Shown: piece by piece, positions 24,589 through 38,150 of the stretch
Layout of the letters: every line of letters begins with the position of its first letter
How positions within the stretch are numbered: the first letter of the stretch is position 1
From: Podarcis tiliguerta
Lineage: Eukaryota
Assembly (NCBI GenBank): GCA_965153285.1
Contig: OZ229112.1
Direction: 5' to 3' (one strand)
DNA length: 64,000 bases
The notes under the pieces: model-generated
What the model was told of the DNA's origin: nothing
Database searches by the model: none
Seen by the model: only the letters and a program-made list of their open reading frames with translations
Position numbers and translations under genes: made by a program

Positions 24589-25971
24589 GGTGACAGTGTG
24601 TCATCTGTCCCTGAAGAGCCTTGTCAATTTTCTCCACCAAATCTATGGGTCTCTTCTTGTTCAGTCTTCCTTCCAGCCTCAAATTTGCACACACACGGAG
24701 CATCTTATGGTCCCATCCAACCGTTCCTCTAGCAGCCTCTCTTGCAGCTTCCAGATGCTGCTGATCATGTGATTTTTCTTCCTGCAGTTGGGTTGTACCT
24801 TGCCAACAGAGGTTCTCAATCCCATCATGTTAACCCCTGCTGTGGTAGGCTTCATTGCCTGCTGAAGGTATGCTTCACAAAATAGGATGGGGGTTATCTA
24901 GATGGAGTTGGACCCACCACCCATCATACCTGACCACTGGCCATGCTAGCTGGGGCTGATAAGAACTGTAGTCCACAAACTCTAAATGACACCACCTTGG
25001 CTATCCAGCTATGGAAACAGCCAATCTCTAACTCAAATTCATTTATCCCCCTGCCTTTTTACATGGGGATAAATGCATACACAGGTAATCTGATGATCAC
25101 AGAAATTGGAAGATGGAGATGCTTGGCTTGGATAACCTTGAGATGATGTCACAACTGAAAGGAATGCCAGCCTAGTAAGGGATGGTGAGTCCTGCATCCT
25201 GCCAACAACACTAATTCCCTGGGGTGTCTAAGAAGGAGTTTTGCTGGTGTGATTTTTCACTTGCCTTTACAAGAAAACGGGAGGGGGAGGCTGTGCCTGC
25301 CTGTGCATGCATGTGTGTTCCTCTGGGTGAAAAGGGCAGCCATGGATTCCATTAGCTAAATCAGCTGGCTGTGCAGAAATTATTTACATGCTGCAGCAGT
25401 GCAGACTGGTGTCTCCTCATTATTACGGAGCCTCTTCTGCGCTGTCCACCAAACAGCCCTATTTCGGATACTTGTTGGACAGTGTTGGCTCCATTACCAC
25501 TGAGGCATAGATACAGCAATAACAGCTGAAATTACAGCGTGTGTGCTAAAAAACATCTGGTCGCCACCCAGGAGGGATGTATCCCTGCTAACCGTGAACA
25601 AGTAAATCTTAAATAAAGTGTAAGTTAATTGCCTGCAGTAATATGGTATTATCGTAATCATTTGTGCTCAAGCATATAAGCTGATATTCATTAAGTTTTC
25701 TTTTTTAGGCATTTGGGAAGCTTATTTAACATGTACATTAGTAGACTGATTCTGCTATGCTGTTCACAGCATAGAAGAGTGATCAGTCGCTCTAGTGGTT
25801 TCAGTTACAGAGACTGAAAAAGAGGGGAGGCTGTTGTGGAGATTACAGACATTGGCCTTGTTGCATGAACACCAGTCCAGTGAGAAACTTCAGGAGTGCC
25901 CTCTAAGGATGGAGCAGGAATCTGCCCTACTGAGATTCCAAAGCTAATACACCTGATCCAATCAAGGTGGA

Positions 25972-26284
25972 TGAAATATACTCGGAGACCTGTAGTGATT
26001 TCATGCTCTTTATTGCAGCTTGTAAAACAGTGATTGAATTGCCCCTCAGACCTCAGGCTTTTATATACATTATACATTATTTACACAATGATTGGTTGAT
26101 TCTTTTTCCCTCCTGGAGCCTGATTGGTCTTTTCCTGAGGGCCAATCAGTAGTTGCGTTCTACGATCCTACCAGCCTAATAGGCTGATTAACTTCTTTCT
26201 GGAACCTGATTGGTCTTCTTCTGCAAGCCAATCAGTTATTGCATTCTAGGATCCTACTTGCCTACTGTTCTAGGGTACATAACA
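25972..26284 (-). mobile_element. Solo LTR (313 bp) with perfect 5-bp TSD
   Basis: TG...CA ends; GTGGA at 25967-25971 and 26285-26289. On the minus strand: CCAAT-box repeats, then TATATAAAA (26059-26067), then AATAAA (26009-26014), in U3-R-U5 order. Confidence 0.85.
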
Positions 26285-29200
26285 GTGGATCTCGGCCTGA
26301 ATCAAAGCAACAGTCTGCTTCAGAATCTGGAAGATAGTGGATCTCATTATGAGGTGGTGCAAGGGTTGAGCACTGCCTTTGTTCACCATCACCCACCAAA
26401 ACCGTTTCCCCCCCTCTGAGCGAAGAAACACACAGAACTATGGGGGGGGGGGGATGTTGCTTAGGAAAAGCTACCGAAGAGCCTCTCCATCTACTCTCCT
26501 GCTAGACCAGCTCCATCTGACTCCTTCACCTGTCATTAGCAGCCTTCCATCAGACTGTAGGCAGTGGGAGAGATGGAGCTGCTGGGCCCCTCCATCACCT
26601 CAGCTGAAAGACTAGCAACTTTGAGCTCCTCTGCTCCTTGACATCTTTCCATCCCATCTGGTCAATGCAAGTATTTTTAAACAGTTTTCTTTATTCAGTT
26701 TTCTTTCTCCCTCCCAATTCCTTTTGTGTGTGTGTGTGTGTGTGTGATGTCTTTTAGACTGCAAGCCTGAGGGCAGGGATTATTTGTAAGCCACTCTGGG
26801 AGCCATATTTTGCTGGAGAGTGTTGGCCGGGGGGCGGGGGAGAGAAGAGGGATGCTTTAAATACATAAATGAAAGACCCAGCTCAGACAGGAAGATGCTC
26901 CAAGTTGCAGTTCTCAATGCTCACCAAATTGGGCAACTCCACGCAGAGCTATAGTTTCCCAATTCTAGCTCCACCAGCTTCTCACAGCAACTGCTTCAGA
27001 TGACTATCTTTATGTGTTTCTGTATTGGGTATAGTTGGTCATGAGACATGACTGATAAGGAACAGAAGAACTGACCTTGAATATTTGTACGTATACCCTC
27101 AGCAGAGATTGCCTTTTGCATCTTTGCAAGTTACAACTTTGGGCTTTCCTGACCAGCAAACGGCAATCTCATGCAAAAACATAGATGTGGTGTTCTCTTC
27201 TGAGGGCAGATCATTCTTATCCTTCTGCATCAAAAGGAAAACTTTTCCAGTACATGAGCAATTTTTTCCTCTGATTTTAATTCAAGGATGAACTATACCT
27301 CAATTTTCAGGCTTTGAGGAAACATTTGCTCTAAATATTGCACACTTTTCTTCCCCGTGCCAAACTGTGCCAAATATTAAGTCCCAGACTTTTGCAGTCT
27401 TTTTTGTCTTGCAATCACAGCTGTACTTGGACCCATAAGTGTCTCTTCCACTCCAGTGCCTCATAAAGCTATACTGAGATTGCCTGTGCCTGAGGACAGC
27501 TACCCAAGTGAAGCATTATCCAATTGCGAGATGGGCACTGAGAGTAGACAGAGCTTATTCTGAGCACAGTCCAAATGACTTTTTCATTGACGGCCTTTGA
27601 AAGTTGTTAGCAGTGTTGCATGAAGCAGCAAAAAGTCCTGTAGCTTAAACCTCCCCCCTCTCCGCTTCTCCCAAACAAATCAATATAGAATATTTTAAGG
27701 CTTTTTAGATCTTGTCGAGGGACACAGATGAACTCTTGGAGAGCTGCTTTGTGAAGAAACTCCTTAGGTACCGTTGCTGAAAATCCAAAATGTTCCAGCT
27801 AAATCAATGGCTTGGTTATCTGTGAGAGTGAAAGGTAACACACTGGGAAGATGTGGAACATGAAAAATAAGCTTAATTATAGCTTTTAGGTGAAGCGTTG
27901 GGAAAGGAAGGCAGTTCAAAGCCAAGTTAGAGATTTTTCACTTCATGTGCTTGAAGAACCAACATGCTTGCAACCATGTATAGAGAACGGCAGAAAATAC
28001 TGCCAAATAGATAACAAAGTAAAATACAGCCCACTGCCAACTAACAAAAAGCTCCTGGTGTGAGGGGATTGTGTTAACCACTAGCAGTGCTCATTATACT
28101 ACTAAGCTTTGTTCCAGAGTGATAAAAACATGGTTATGCTTCGCTTGGGGTTAGTGTAAGAAAAGAGAGCCCAAGGAGGTTGGTCTTTTGCCAAATGTGC
28201 GCAAGTTCCCTCCATCCCCTGCCGTCTAATGTGATTTATAATAAACCTTTCTCACTGCAAGAAATGAAGCAGAGAGAGAAAATAAATACATTGGGTCCCT
28301 TGCTCGGGAGCTCTTAATGCACAAACCTAATATTTATTTTCATTATTGTCATCAACCACAATATCGAATGGGCTGGGTTGTTCTCTAAGGCCACACAGGG
28401 AATTATTCAGAGGAAGCAGCCAGGAGTTTTTCTAAATGAGTGGTGCCACCCTCAAAAGAACTTGGCATAAGTAGGAAAGCTTCTGGAAATTGCCCTGTCT
28501 AGATTAAGGTCTCTGTTGCCTGCATAACTTTGTGAGGTACCACATACACAGATACAGGTAGTAGTATCAGTGTCCACAAGTGAGAGGGGGGGAAAGAAGT
28601 AGGGTGTTTTGAAGGAAGTGGGATGGTGTCCAAAGAGGGCAGGGAGGAAATGGACTGATGAGGTCTGATTAATTTTGGAAGGACTTATGCCCATCTGAAA
28701 AAAGCCATGAAGGCTCTATGAGGTCTATGTTGGAGAGGCTGGCTTTCAGTTAGTTGCTTCTAACACATGCCTGGTCATAATAGGACTCCATAGCTGTTTG
28801 GCTGGTATGAGGAACCAAATTTTTCAAGGCTGTTTGGCTTTAATTTCTCCTGGAAGGGAGAAATCAGTCTGGAACTTTCTAAGATAATAGGTTGTCTATA
28901 AACAAGAAAGTCCATTTTAAAATGCTGCATATGCTTTCGTTTTTCAGCTATGCATTCTAGGCCAAGGGTTCCCAAACATTTCCCTCCCCCTGCCATGGGC
29001 CAACTAAAAATTGTCATGGAGGACAACTTAGTGTGTTTTTTTACATGTTCCCACAATTGTAATGGAATGTGTTAGGTGCTATATGATTTTTAATTGTACT
29101 TTCATTGCTTCTTTGATTTATTTTATTGTACTGACTTACAGTTTGAATTCCACAGAATTCCATAGAATTCAGGTGGCTGCCAAACAAATTCTTGGGCTGG

Positions 29201-29715
29201 AGTGTTGTTTAGGGGTATTTGGGGGTTTTTTTGTTGTTGCTGCTGTTATTGGTATTAATTTTTGGTATGTCTATCTTTTTAGATCTTACCATGATTTTTC
29301 TAGAAACTGTTCAGTTTTGTTGTGTACTCTTTGATGTGTGTTATTTATTGTTTGTGACTACTTTTGTAGTTACGTAAATCTTGTCATGTTGTAAGCCGCA
29401 TTGAGCATAGTTTTGATTATACCGTAGTAAGGTAGCATACAAATAAAATGAGGAGGAGGAGGAGGACTCCAGGGAGTAAAGAGTCAGAGTCATTATCCTC
29501 CAACATGTCCCAGAGGAAAGCTGGGGTGCACAACTTTCAGGGATGCACTCCCATGCGAATCACGTGACCCATGCAAAAGCATGAACCCCCCAAAACAGGA
29601 TGCCCCAATTCAGTTGCGACAGTTGATGGATATGAGGAAGTCATATGTGGAAGCTGTCCCATGAGGTCAAATGGGGCACTGCCCCAACCACCCTAACTGC
29701 CCCCCTTCTGCTGTT

Positions 29716-29790
29716 CCTCCTCCTCCTCCTCCTCCTCCTCCTCCTCCTCTTCTTCTTCTTCTTCTTCTTCTTCTTCTTCTTCTTCTTCTT
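29716..29790. repeat. (CCT)n(CTT)n microsatellite forming an L2 tail
   Basis: Directly visible; abuts the L2 3'UTR. Confidence 0.95.
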
Positions 29791-30002
29791 CATACCCCGC
29801 CCATCTGGCTGGGTTTCCCCAGCCACTCTGGGCAGCTTTCAACAGAACATTAAAAACAGAATAAAACTTCAAACATTAAAAACTTCCCTAAACAGGGCTG
29901 TCTTCAGATGTCTTTTAAAAGTCACATAGTTGTTTATTTCGTTGACATCTGATGGGAGGGCATTCCATAGGGATCCACTACTGAGAAAGCCCTCTGCCTG
30001 GT
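29791..30002 (-). mobile_element. L2 LINE 3' end
   Basis: Reverse complement of the 3' region seen at 5710-5910. Confidence 0.85.
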
Positions 30003-30643
30003 AGACCCTCTGCCTACAACAGAAGCCCTGAAATCAGCGTCACAATGGTGGCCATATGCACTTAAAAAAACCCATAGCACAAAATCTGTTGGGGGTATTG
30101 TGGGAAAGCAAAAGGCTGGCTATGGCCAGCCACATTCCTGGCACTGCTCTTAGTACCAGGCCAGGAAAAAAGGATGATGGGTGGAGGTTCTAGCAGTAGG
30201 CCCTGTCAGCTGCCCAGTGTGCCAGGTACTGACAACAGCCCTAAATATTGATCTAGATGGAGAAACAGCCTGACACTGTTTAAGGCAACTGCCTGTGTTC
30301 CAAGCCCTCATATAGCATAATGGACACCAACTGGGCACTATGACAGGTAACAGGAAACAGGAAAGGCACAAGGCAGCTCTGTCTGGAATGCCATGTAGGG
30401 CTGATATGCTTACAAACAAACAAAACTCAAAACGTTAAGAGATAATTGGAAGACAAGGCAGAAGAAACAACAACTGTTTAATGCTGATTGTTTCACAAGG
30501 CCTGAACAACAGCTACAACTGGTTCTGTCTCTCTCTCAAAAAGAATTAATATTAATAATAAATTGCTTCACATTTGGTTGTCATTATATTCATAATACAT
30601 CCAGCAATCCAGGCATGTTCTGTATTCCAATGAGCTTTCATTC

Positions 30644-30646
<3 letters not shown>

Positions 30647-30677
<31 letters not shown>
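30647..30677. repeat. (TG)n microsatellite
   Basis: Directly visible; another at 26725-26746. Confidence 0.95.
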
Positions 30678-30679
<2 letters not shown>

Positions 30680-31066
30680 ACATGGCTTATTCTCTTGTGT
30701 ATCTCAGCCCATGCATATGTGAATCAAATTACTTTCTCTTCGTGCATCTGATGAGGCACTGATGCTACCTTCAGAAGCTTATGCTACAATATAAACAACC
30801 TCGGCGCACGTCTGAATAAAGTAAAAGCCTAGTTCTGCCCTGAATGGAAAAAGAGCTTTTAAGGTCCCTGGGTTCCTTGCATTTAATTTGCGTAATTTGA
30901 ACCAGCCAGACTTCAACTGCGCAAAGCTGAAAACCCACAAGTTAAACATGCTTAAGTTGCAGTCGTACTGTAGATATAACTTTTATATTGTTGTAACCCA
31001 GCCTAAGATCATGTAACAGAGGGGGAGAGGTAAAAAAATCCAAATAAATAGTAATAATAATAATTA

Positions 31067-31308
31067 CAGTGGAACCTCGGTTGTTTAATGTCTCACTGCC
31101 ATACATTTTGGAAGCCGAACACCGACAACCCGGAAGTAACTGCTTTCATTTTCAAACACGCCTCAGAAGTTGAATGGCTTCCAAGGCGCGTTTCTTATTT
31201 TTTTTTTCAATGGATTTTGCCAGCTGCCCATTACTCTTTGGTTATCGAACATTTCGGAAGTTGAACGGTCTTCCGAAACGGATTACATTCACAACCAAGG
31301 TTCCACTG
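31067..31308. mobile_element. Tc1/mariner (Tigger-like) MITE
   Basis: TA|cagtggaacctcggttgt ... acaaccaaggttccactg TIRs; internal 'ggattacattc' shared with the 21169 copy. Confidence 0.8.
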
Positions 31309-31812
31309 CAATATGTTTCTCTTGGAAGGGTGAGCTAAAAATTAAAAACTTTAGATTTATGCAACACATCATTACAAATATTGCCATGGCGGGAGAGTCT
31401 TTCTGTGAGCAATGGAGTCACCTAGAATTGAATGGCTGGTCAAATAATGTCACTCAGACTGACTACATTATTGTAGTCTTGTTTACATAATTAACACCAG
31501 GGCGGCAGGGTTTGGGGGTGAAATTCCTGATAGGTGTTAGAAATTAATCAACCCACCTGAATCAGTTGCCAGAATAGTCAGGCCAGCCTGATAATGGCCA
31601 CTAAATATGAGTTGTTAACTTAACAAAGGCAATGTGATGAGCCATTAAGAAACTGAGAGCTCTGTGCCAGATGTGAATGAATGGAGCTCCACCTTGAGAC
31701 AAAAGGCTCATGGAGTTGGAAGTGACCCTGAGGATTATCTAGTCCCACCCACTGCAATGCAGGAATATGAGTTTTGAATTTTTAGCATTTCAGTTGGCTT
31801 TGGTGTGCTCTA

Positions 31813-32169
31813 GGGGTGGAGCTGTGGTCTAAACCATAGAGCCTAGGGCTTGCCAATAAGAAGGTTGGCGGTTCGAATCTCCGCGACGGGGTGAGCTCAC
31901 ATTCCTCGGTCCCTGCTCCTGCCAACCTAGCAGTTCAAAAGCACATCAAAGTGCAAGTAGATAAATAGGCACCACTCTGGCAGAAAGGTAAACAGCATTT
32001 CCGTGCACTGCTCTGGTTCGCCAGAAGCAGCTTAGTCATGCTGGCCCCATGACCCCGAAGCTGTCTGCGGACAAACACCAGCTCCCTCGGCCAGTAAAGT
32101 GAGATGAGCGCCGCAACCCCAAAGTCATCCGTGACTAAACTTAATGGTCAGGGGTCCCTTTACCTTTAC
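31813..32169 (+). mobile_element. Near full-length Sauria SINE
   Basis: gctgtggtctaaacc A-box region, ggttcgaatc B-box, ends caggggtccctttacctttac. Confidence 0.9.
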
Positions 32170-33245
32170 TTCGGGGGGGAGGGGGTTTCAGTTTGTAAAA
32201 CACAGCAAGCTGGAGCAGAGGGTCAAAAAGGCATGGTGGATTTCTGTTTGGCTGCAAGGCCTCAGCCCCTTGGAGTGTTAATACTGTTAGCCCCTCCACT
32301 GTAGGCTCAGGTTGTATTTATGTGTAAATTAAAACCATATATCTTAAAGACACCATGGCTTAAAATGTTGAAACTAAAACTGGGCCACATGCACAGTTCT
32401 TGAAGCATTACCATAAAGCACATCTCCTATCATGTGGTAATTTCTGAAATCTACTGGAAGCCATAACAGCCAAGACCTGCATGGCATCTTTGTGCAGATT
32501 TACGGGAGGGAAACAGCACCAGCAGATACATTAACTATAATAGTTAGTATACAAACATCTATAAAATTCTGATCTCTTTTTTATGCCTCTGTAATAAAGT
32601 TTGTCAACTGAGCCAGAAACACCATACAAATATGCAACAGCATGCCTTAATTTAAAATATTTATGTAGGGAAGCTAAATAGCACATTCAGCAAAAAGAAG
32701 TAAACGGGGTAGTATAGTGGTGCCGAAATTTTTTTACAGCAGAAAGCTGCCTCAAAGCAACATCCAAAATAACTAAAGCATCCACTAAATTAGTTGCCCA
32801 TTAATTACATTGTTAGTAGCCAAGCCACACCAAAACTGATGGGAGATCATGTTAATAAGACTAAATAACACATAAGATTATCACTGGTTTTCCCTTAAAT
32901 AAAGAACTGATGCTTTAAAAAAGAAGAAGAACAAAACTGTTTGCCTGTTTGAAGCCTTTCTGAGAGCCTTACAACCGATACAGGCATTTTTTTTTAAAAT
33001 GGTCTACCCACCCTCAATGTGTAATTAAAGGTTGCATGTCCAAAGGCACCCCCATTTCACAAACTACCTCAGTATAGCTATGGAAGATGCACAAGAAAAC
33101 TAGGCTGGGAGCATTCTCTTTGGCTTCCAAGCTGCATGGGTTCAAGAGAAGTTTCTCATGAGCTACTTTAAAACAAGCAGTCTCCGTATGAATATGTGTA
33201 AGTGGCTTGGTCCAATGAGGACTAAGCAGGACAGGTGCATCCTTG

Positions 33246-33487
33246 AAGAAGAAGAAGGGTTTGGATTTGATATCCCGCTTTATCACTACCCTAAGGAGTC
33301 TCAAAGCGGCTAACAATCTCCTTTCCCTTCCTCCCCCACAACAAACACTCTGTGAGGTGAGTGGGGCTGAGAGACTTCAAAGAAGTGTGACTAGCCCAAG
33401 GTCACCCAGCAGCTGCATGTGGAGGAGCGGGGAAGTGGACCCGGTTCACCAGATTACGAGCCCATCACTCTTAACCACAACACCATA
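33246..33487 (-). mobile_element. tRNA-derived CORE-type SINE (Squam2-like), relatively young
   Basis: Minus strand: tggtgttgtggttaagag A-box, ccgggtccacttcc B-box-like, gggtgaccttgggctagtcac core, (CTT)n tail. Confidence 0.75.
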
Positions 33488-33898
33488 CCTTGAGGCAAGG
33501 TGAGGCAACCGCCTCAGGCAGCAGGTTCCACAGGGGCAGCAGATCTGGCCTCCGAGGAATGCATCACACACGGCTGTCACTGCCACAGTTGCATGGCTGG
33601 GGTAAGGCTGGTCTTCCTTCTTCTTTCCCTGATGTTCTCTCAGAAAAGCAGGGGACCCAGCCTCCCCGTGACCCCTATTCCTGTAGCTATTGAAGGAAAC
33701 CAGAGTGTGCTTCAATTCTGTGGCCCCAGTTCTGCAACTGCAGAGTCCACAGAATCAAAACCACCATCATGTCTCTTGCTTTGTTTCTTTATTTATTTGT
33801 GCCATTTGTATCCTGCCTTCCCTCCCAAAGGAGCCCAGGACGGCAAACATTTCTGGGTTAAAAAGTAAAATTATAAAAATAAATAAGCATTTTAACAC

Positions 33899-34226
33899 AG
33901 AGGGTTGTGTCCAGTGTAGTGCTAGGCTAAAGTCACTTAGTGGTACACCTGTTGAGCAGGTGGGATGTTGTCAGGCAATAGAAAACACAAGTGCAGGTGT
34001 CCAACATCATTGTACAATGGATTGCACAACAAGTACCAGTTGTTGCACAAAAGAAAACACATGTACATTACTGAAAATTGTGCAACGGGTTGCACAACAA
34101 TAATCAGCTTAGTGCAACAAGCTTCTGCTTGTGCAACTGTTGCACTGGGTTTCTTTGTTGTGCAGCATTTAAACTCTGCAGTCTGCAAGGGCTTGTGCGC
34201 TAGCAGGCAGAGAATGTTGGATATCT
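33899..34226. mobile_element. Palindrome-rich MITE-like element interrupting an old L2-like 3' end
   Basis: Termini gggttgtgtccag / ttggatatct and repeated ttgcacaa/gtgcaac motifs. L2-like minus-strand 3' sequence on both sides (33787-33890, 34230-34395). Confidence 0.4.
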
Positions 34227-36142
34227 AAGTTCAGAACAGATGTAGCCAAATGATGTGTCTGGATAGGCCTGCCAAGAAAGAAAAGTTTTCAGCAGACGTC
34301 TCAAAAAAACTACAGTCATTATGCCTGCCTAATGTTAATTGGTAGGGTGTTCCAAAGGACAGTGCTGTTACACTAAAGGATTGACTTCTTACAAAGGAGG
34401 GGCCGTTTCAGCCAGGGTCTATTCCCCCCTCTGTGGTCTTGCTCTCCCCGTCAATGCGGTTGACTTCTTTAACGGATTTATTGCAGGCGAGGTTATAAAA
34501 ATCATTAGCCGTGGTCGGCAGATGCTGGGTGCTGGTAGGATGCAGTTCCAACAACTTGGTTTCTTTAATTAAAATACTAAATAAATCATGAGGCTTTGCA
34601 AGCAGGAGCCTCCAGCCCTGGTGGAAGATGAAAGATGCATCCCGACTGCTGGCAGACTTGACAGAGCTCTTTAGCCTCCTGTTTTCTCCATTTGTTTCTG
34701 GTCTTCACACAACAGCCCATATGCACCGCTTCGGTGTTTAAAAATCATTATTGCTGAAGATCAATACCAGAAAACATCTGTGACTCTTCCCGACGCACAA
34801 ACGCATTTACTCTCCTCGACAACAAATGTGACTTAAAGAAGAAAGGAAATATCCTATATTTACTAGTCTATTGATTTTCTCTTCCTCATTCTCTCCGAGA
34901 TGCTTGTGAAATGGAGACTCATCCCTTCCATGGTCCGCCCAATATCTCTGTGCCATAAAAGCTCGATTAAATCCAGCCCCCACCCCTTTTATTTGCTTCC
35001 GGTTTCTATGGGAACAGCTTGTATTGAATAAACACTTTTAGGGGAATATTTTATTATTTCTAATTATATTAATTATAATTCAATATAAGGCATTAGAACT
35101 CATTTAGATTGTAATGAAAAACTTCCATTTTGGTGTAAGTATGGGGAAAGGAGGGCATTTGCATAAAAAAGCAATTTGTGTTGCCTATAATTCTCAGTTT
35201 CCATTGCCATTGGTACTAATTACTGAAGAGGTTTGCATTTGAAATTTTAATGGAATAATGTTTTAACCTGGCAGTTTAGAGGGCAACGCTGAAATAAAGC
35301 TTTTTAAAAAAAGAAAAGAAACCAAAGCTTTCCAAACAAACAGGATATATAATTATGTGCAATTAGAAGGCGGGGGGAGGGGGAGCTGGCTTTATGTTGT
35401 GATGTTTGATTTTATAGAAGAAGCTTCTAGTCTTATATGGGATCAAGTGTAGTAGGACGTAATGAGAGCCAATGTGGTACAGTGCTTACGGTGTCATCCT
35501 GGGACCAGGGAGATACAGGATTAATTCCCTGCCCAGCAAGGGAATTAATGACCTTGGGCCAATCACTGTCTCTCAACCAAACCTACCTCAAAGGTAGAAA
35601 TGTGGCTCAACCACTGAGTTATGATCCTCCCCATGAAATTTTTTTAGGAGTCTTATTTTTGTAGGCCTGTGTGAGGGCCCCTTCCAGCATTATGGTAGCG
35701 ACATGGGAGCCACAGCCATGCAGTTCCTTCCTGTGCTGCAAAGGTGTTGCCAGAAGCCACTGGTCATGTGCTGCAGCTTCTTTCCATGCCTGCATTGATT
35801 CAGCATTGACTCAGGTTCCGGGGGTAATAACAGACTAGAAGTATCCACAGGGTAGGCTTGAACCACATGGAGTGTTAACTTTGTCGGTTAATGTGGCAAG
35901 GGGCTCAGCAACAGTGAGAGGGCAATTAGATGCTATTTGGTTCATGTCTCTGAATTTCTTTTATACCGCCATGGGCAGTGTATTATGGGGCTGTCAATGC
36001 ACAAAGTTAGAGAACGAGTGCCCGAAATGCCACGGATAAAAAATGTCACTGTCTGAGCTGATATGTTGTGTGACTGCACTCATAATGCCACAAAAGCTGA
36101 CTGAAAAGGAATATAAAAGTGCCTCATCAAAATGAAACCAGG

Positions 36143-36477
36143 AATCATAGAATCATAGATTTGGAAGAGACCACAAGGGCCATCGAGTCCAACCCCCTGC
36201 CAAGCAGGAAACACCATCAGAGCACTCCTGACATATGGTTGTCAAGCCTCTGCTTAAAGACCTCCAAAGAAGGAGACTCCACCACACTCCTTGGCAGCAA
36301 ATTCCACTGTCGAACAGCTCTTACTGTCAGGAAGTTCTTCCTAATGTTTAGGTGTAATCTTCTTTCTTGTAGTTTGGATCCATTGCTCCGTGTCCGTTTC
36401 TCTGGAGCAGCAGAAAACAACATTTCTCCCTCCTCTATGTGACATCCTTTTATATATTTGAACATGGCTATCATATC
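36143..36477 (-). mobile_element. Young 5'-truncated CR1 LINE
   Basis: Uninterrupted ORF2 C-terminus DMIAMFKYIKGCH...RTRSNGSKLQ...RKNFLTVRAVRQWNLLP..VVESPSLEVFKQRLD; (ATTCTATG)2 tail. Confidence 0.95.
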
Positions 36478-37879
36478 AATATTGGAAATGTCAATATTGG
36501 AAATATTTATTTTTGGTCAACTTGTTAAGATAAGCGAGAGTGGAAACCTTAACATCCATGGAGGAATTAAAACTGACAGAGAGTTCACTGGTCTGGTCAT
36601 ATGTAACCCTAGTACTTTTGCCAAACTTTGACTTTTAATTAGCCTCCACTGCATCACAGATTATAGCACAGCTGCAACTTGAAAGTTGAGAGAAAACCGG
36701 TCCAGCTTTTTGCCATTATGCGTGCACATACACACCTTGCACAGGGTCAAAGGCTAAGCATAAATTATATTAGTTTTCATGGGCCTTCCCCCTTTTACAT
36801 TTGAGTGGAAGAAAAGCCAGAAAGCTTTGAATAAAAGGGGGGGGAACTCACACTTAATTGTCAATATGTTGCTAGCTGTTGTCTTGTTGGGCTGTGTAGG
36901 TAGTAAAGGGGAGCCACGTCGGGGTGAAGGCATTCTCTTTTGTTTGTTCCTGTGATAGTTTCAATTTATTGCTTAGCTTTTCAAGTAGAGAAAGGACTCT
37001 ATGAACTGAAAGAAGAAATGCTGTATGTACTTATATAACCCAATAAAATCTTTAATACAATCTTTTTTTATTATTTTAAAAAAATGTGCTAACTGAACCC
37101 TGACATGGCTTTGGGAAACTTTTGTTCCATGTCCTTAGATGCATTACTGAGATCCAAAATAGAGCAATAATCTCTGCTTGTGACATTTTAGATAGAGGCT
37201 AACAGGTCTCAGGTGATGGTTTGGTTTCTCTTCTATTTATATACTACATTATTCTGGACATAAGATAACCGAAACACAAAAATAATGAATTTTTGCCTTC
37301 TGGATTATGCTGCTGCACTCTGTATTAAGCTTGGTGTTATCTGAAATGAAATATATAGGTTGGATTTTCCCACAGAAGGCATGCATCAACGTCAAGTCAG
37401 CATTTGACCCCCATTATTGGTGGTTGACTTCTAAAATCTTCACTTGTCCACCTGATTTATTTTTGTATTTGACCAATGACTTTCAGCCTCACAGCTGGCT
37501 TAGCATCCCTTGCGATTGTGATGCTGTCTATGCAATGAATCAAAGAGTTGGAATGTGCTTCTGATGACAGAATTCTCTGCACTTAAATAATTTTCAAAGG
37601 ATTCCATATAAAAGGCCCTATAAAAGAGACCTTTAACATTGCCCAACTATTTTTATACTTAAGTTAGTAATTCTTAATATCCAACCCAAAGGACACCCAA
37701 ACCAAAGGCTGTTCATGTCCACATTCCAACACTTCTCTTCTTCTCTGTTTTCTCAATGCAATCCCAAACATCTGGTCTCTTTTCAAAAGAGGCCATACAA
37801 ACTCTGCATTCAGAAACTATAATCACACAAGACTCCAATCGCCATAGAAAAATCCTGATAAGCAATTCTAAGGTGCACT

Positions 37880-38150
37880 TTAACAGACCATCCACAGGAC
37901 CCAACTGCACAATCCTGCTACAGCAATTGGAAATGTTCTGTTCTGAATCCTTGTTAATTCCAATCTCTCAGGCTGATGGGACTTGAAGAAGAGAATCCTA
38001 ATTTGATCACATGGAACAAGGTATATGCGAGGAGATGTTCCCTAAGGTACATTGGAGCAGCAACCGACTCATAGTATTTTTGGAAGTGAGACTTTGAAGC
38101 CATTTATAGCTACCAGCACTTGAACTTTCAAATATCCTGGTGGAACTTTG
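37880..38150 (-). mobile_element. Old L2 ORF2 C-terminal relic
   Basis: Frameshifted minus translations KVQVLVAINGF / PMYLREHLLAY / LLQVP / QNRTFPIAVAGL parallel the L2 motif order seen at 5541-5750. Confidence 0.5.

Noticed and set aside
29641-29929. Poly-Lys/Arg, poly-Leu/Phe and poly-Pro ORFs
   Set aside because: Translation of the (CCT)(CTT) microsatellite plus L2 3'UTR.
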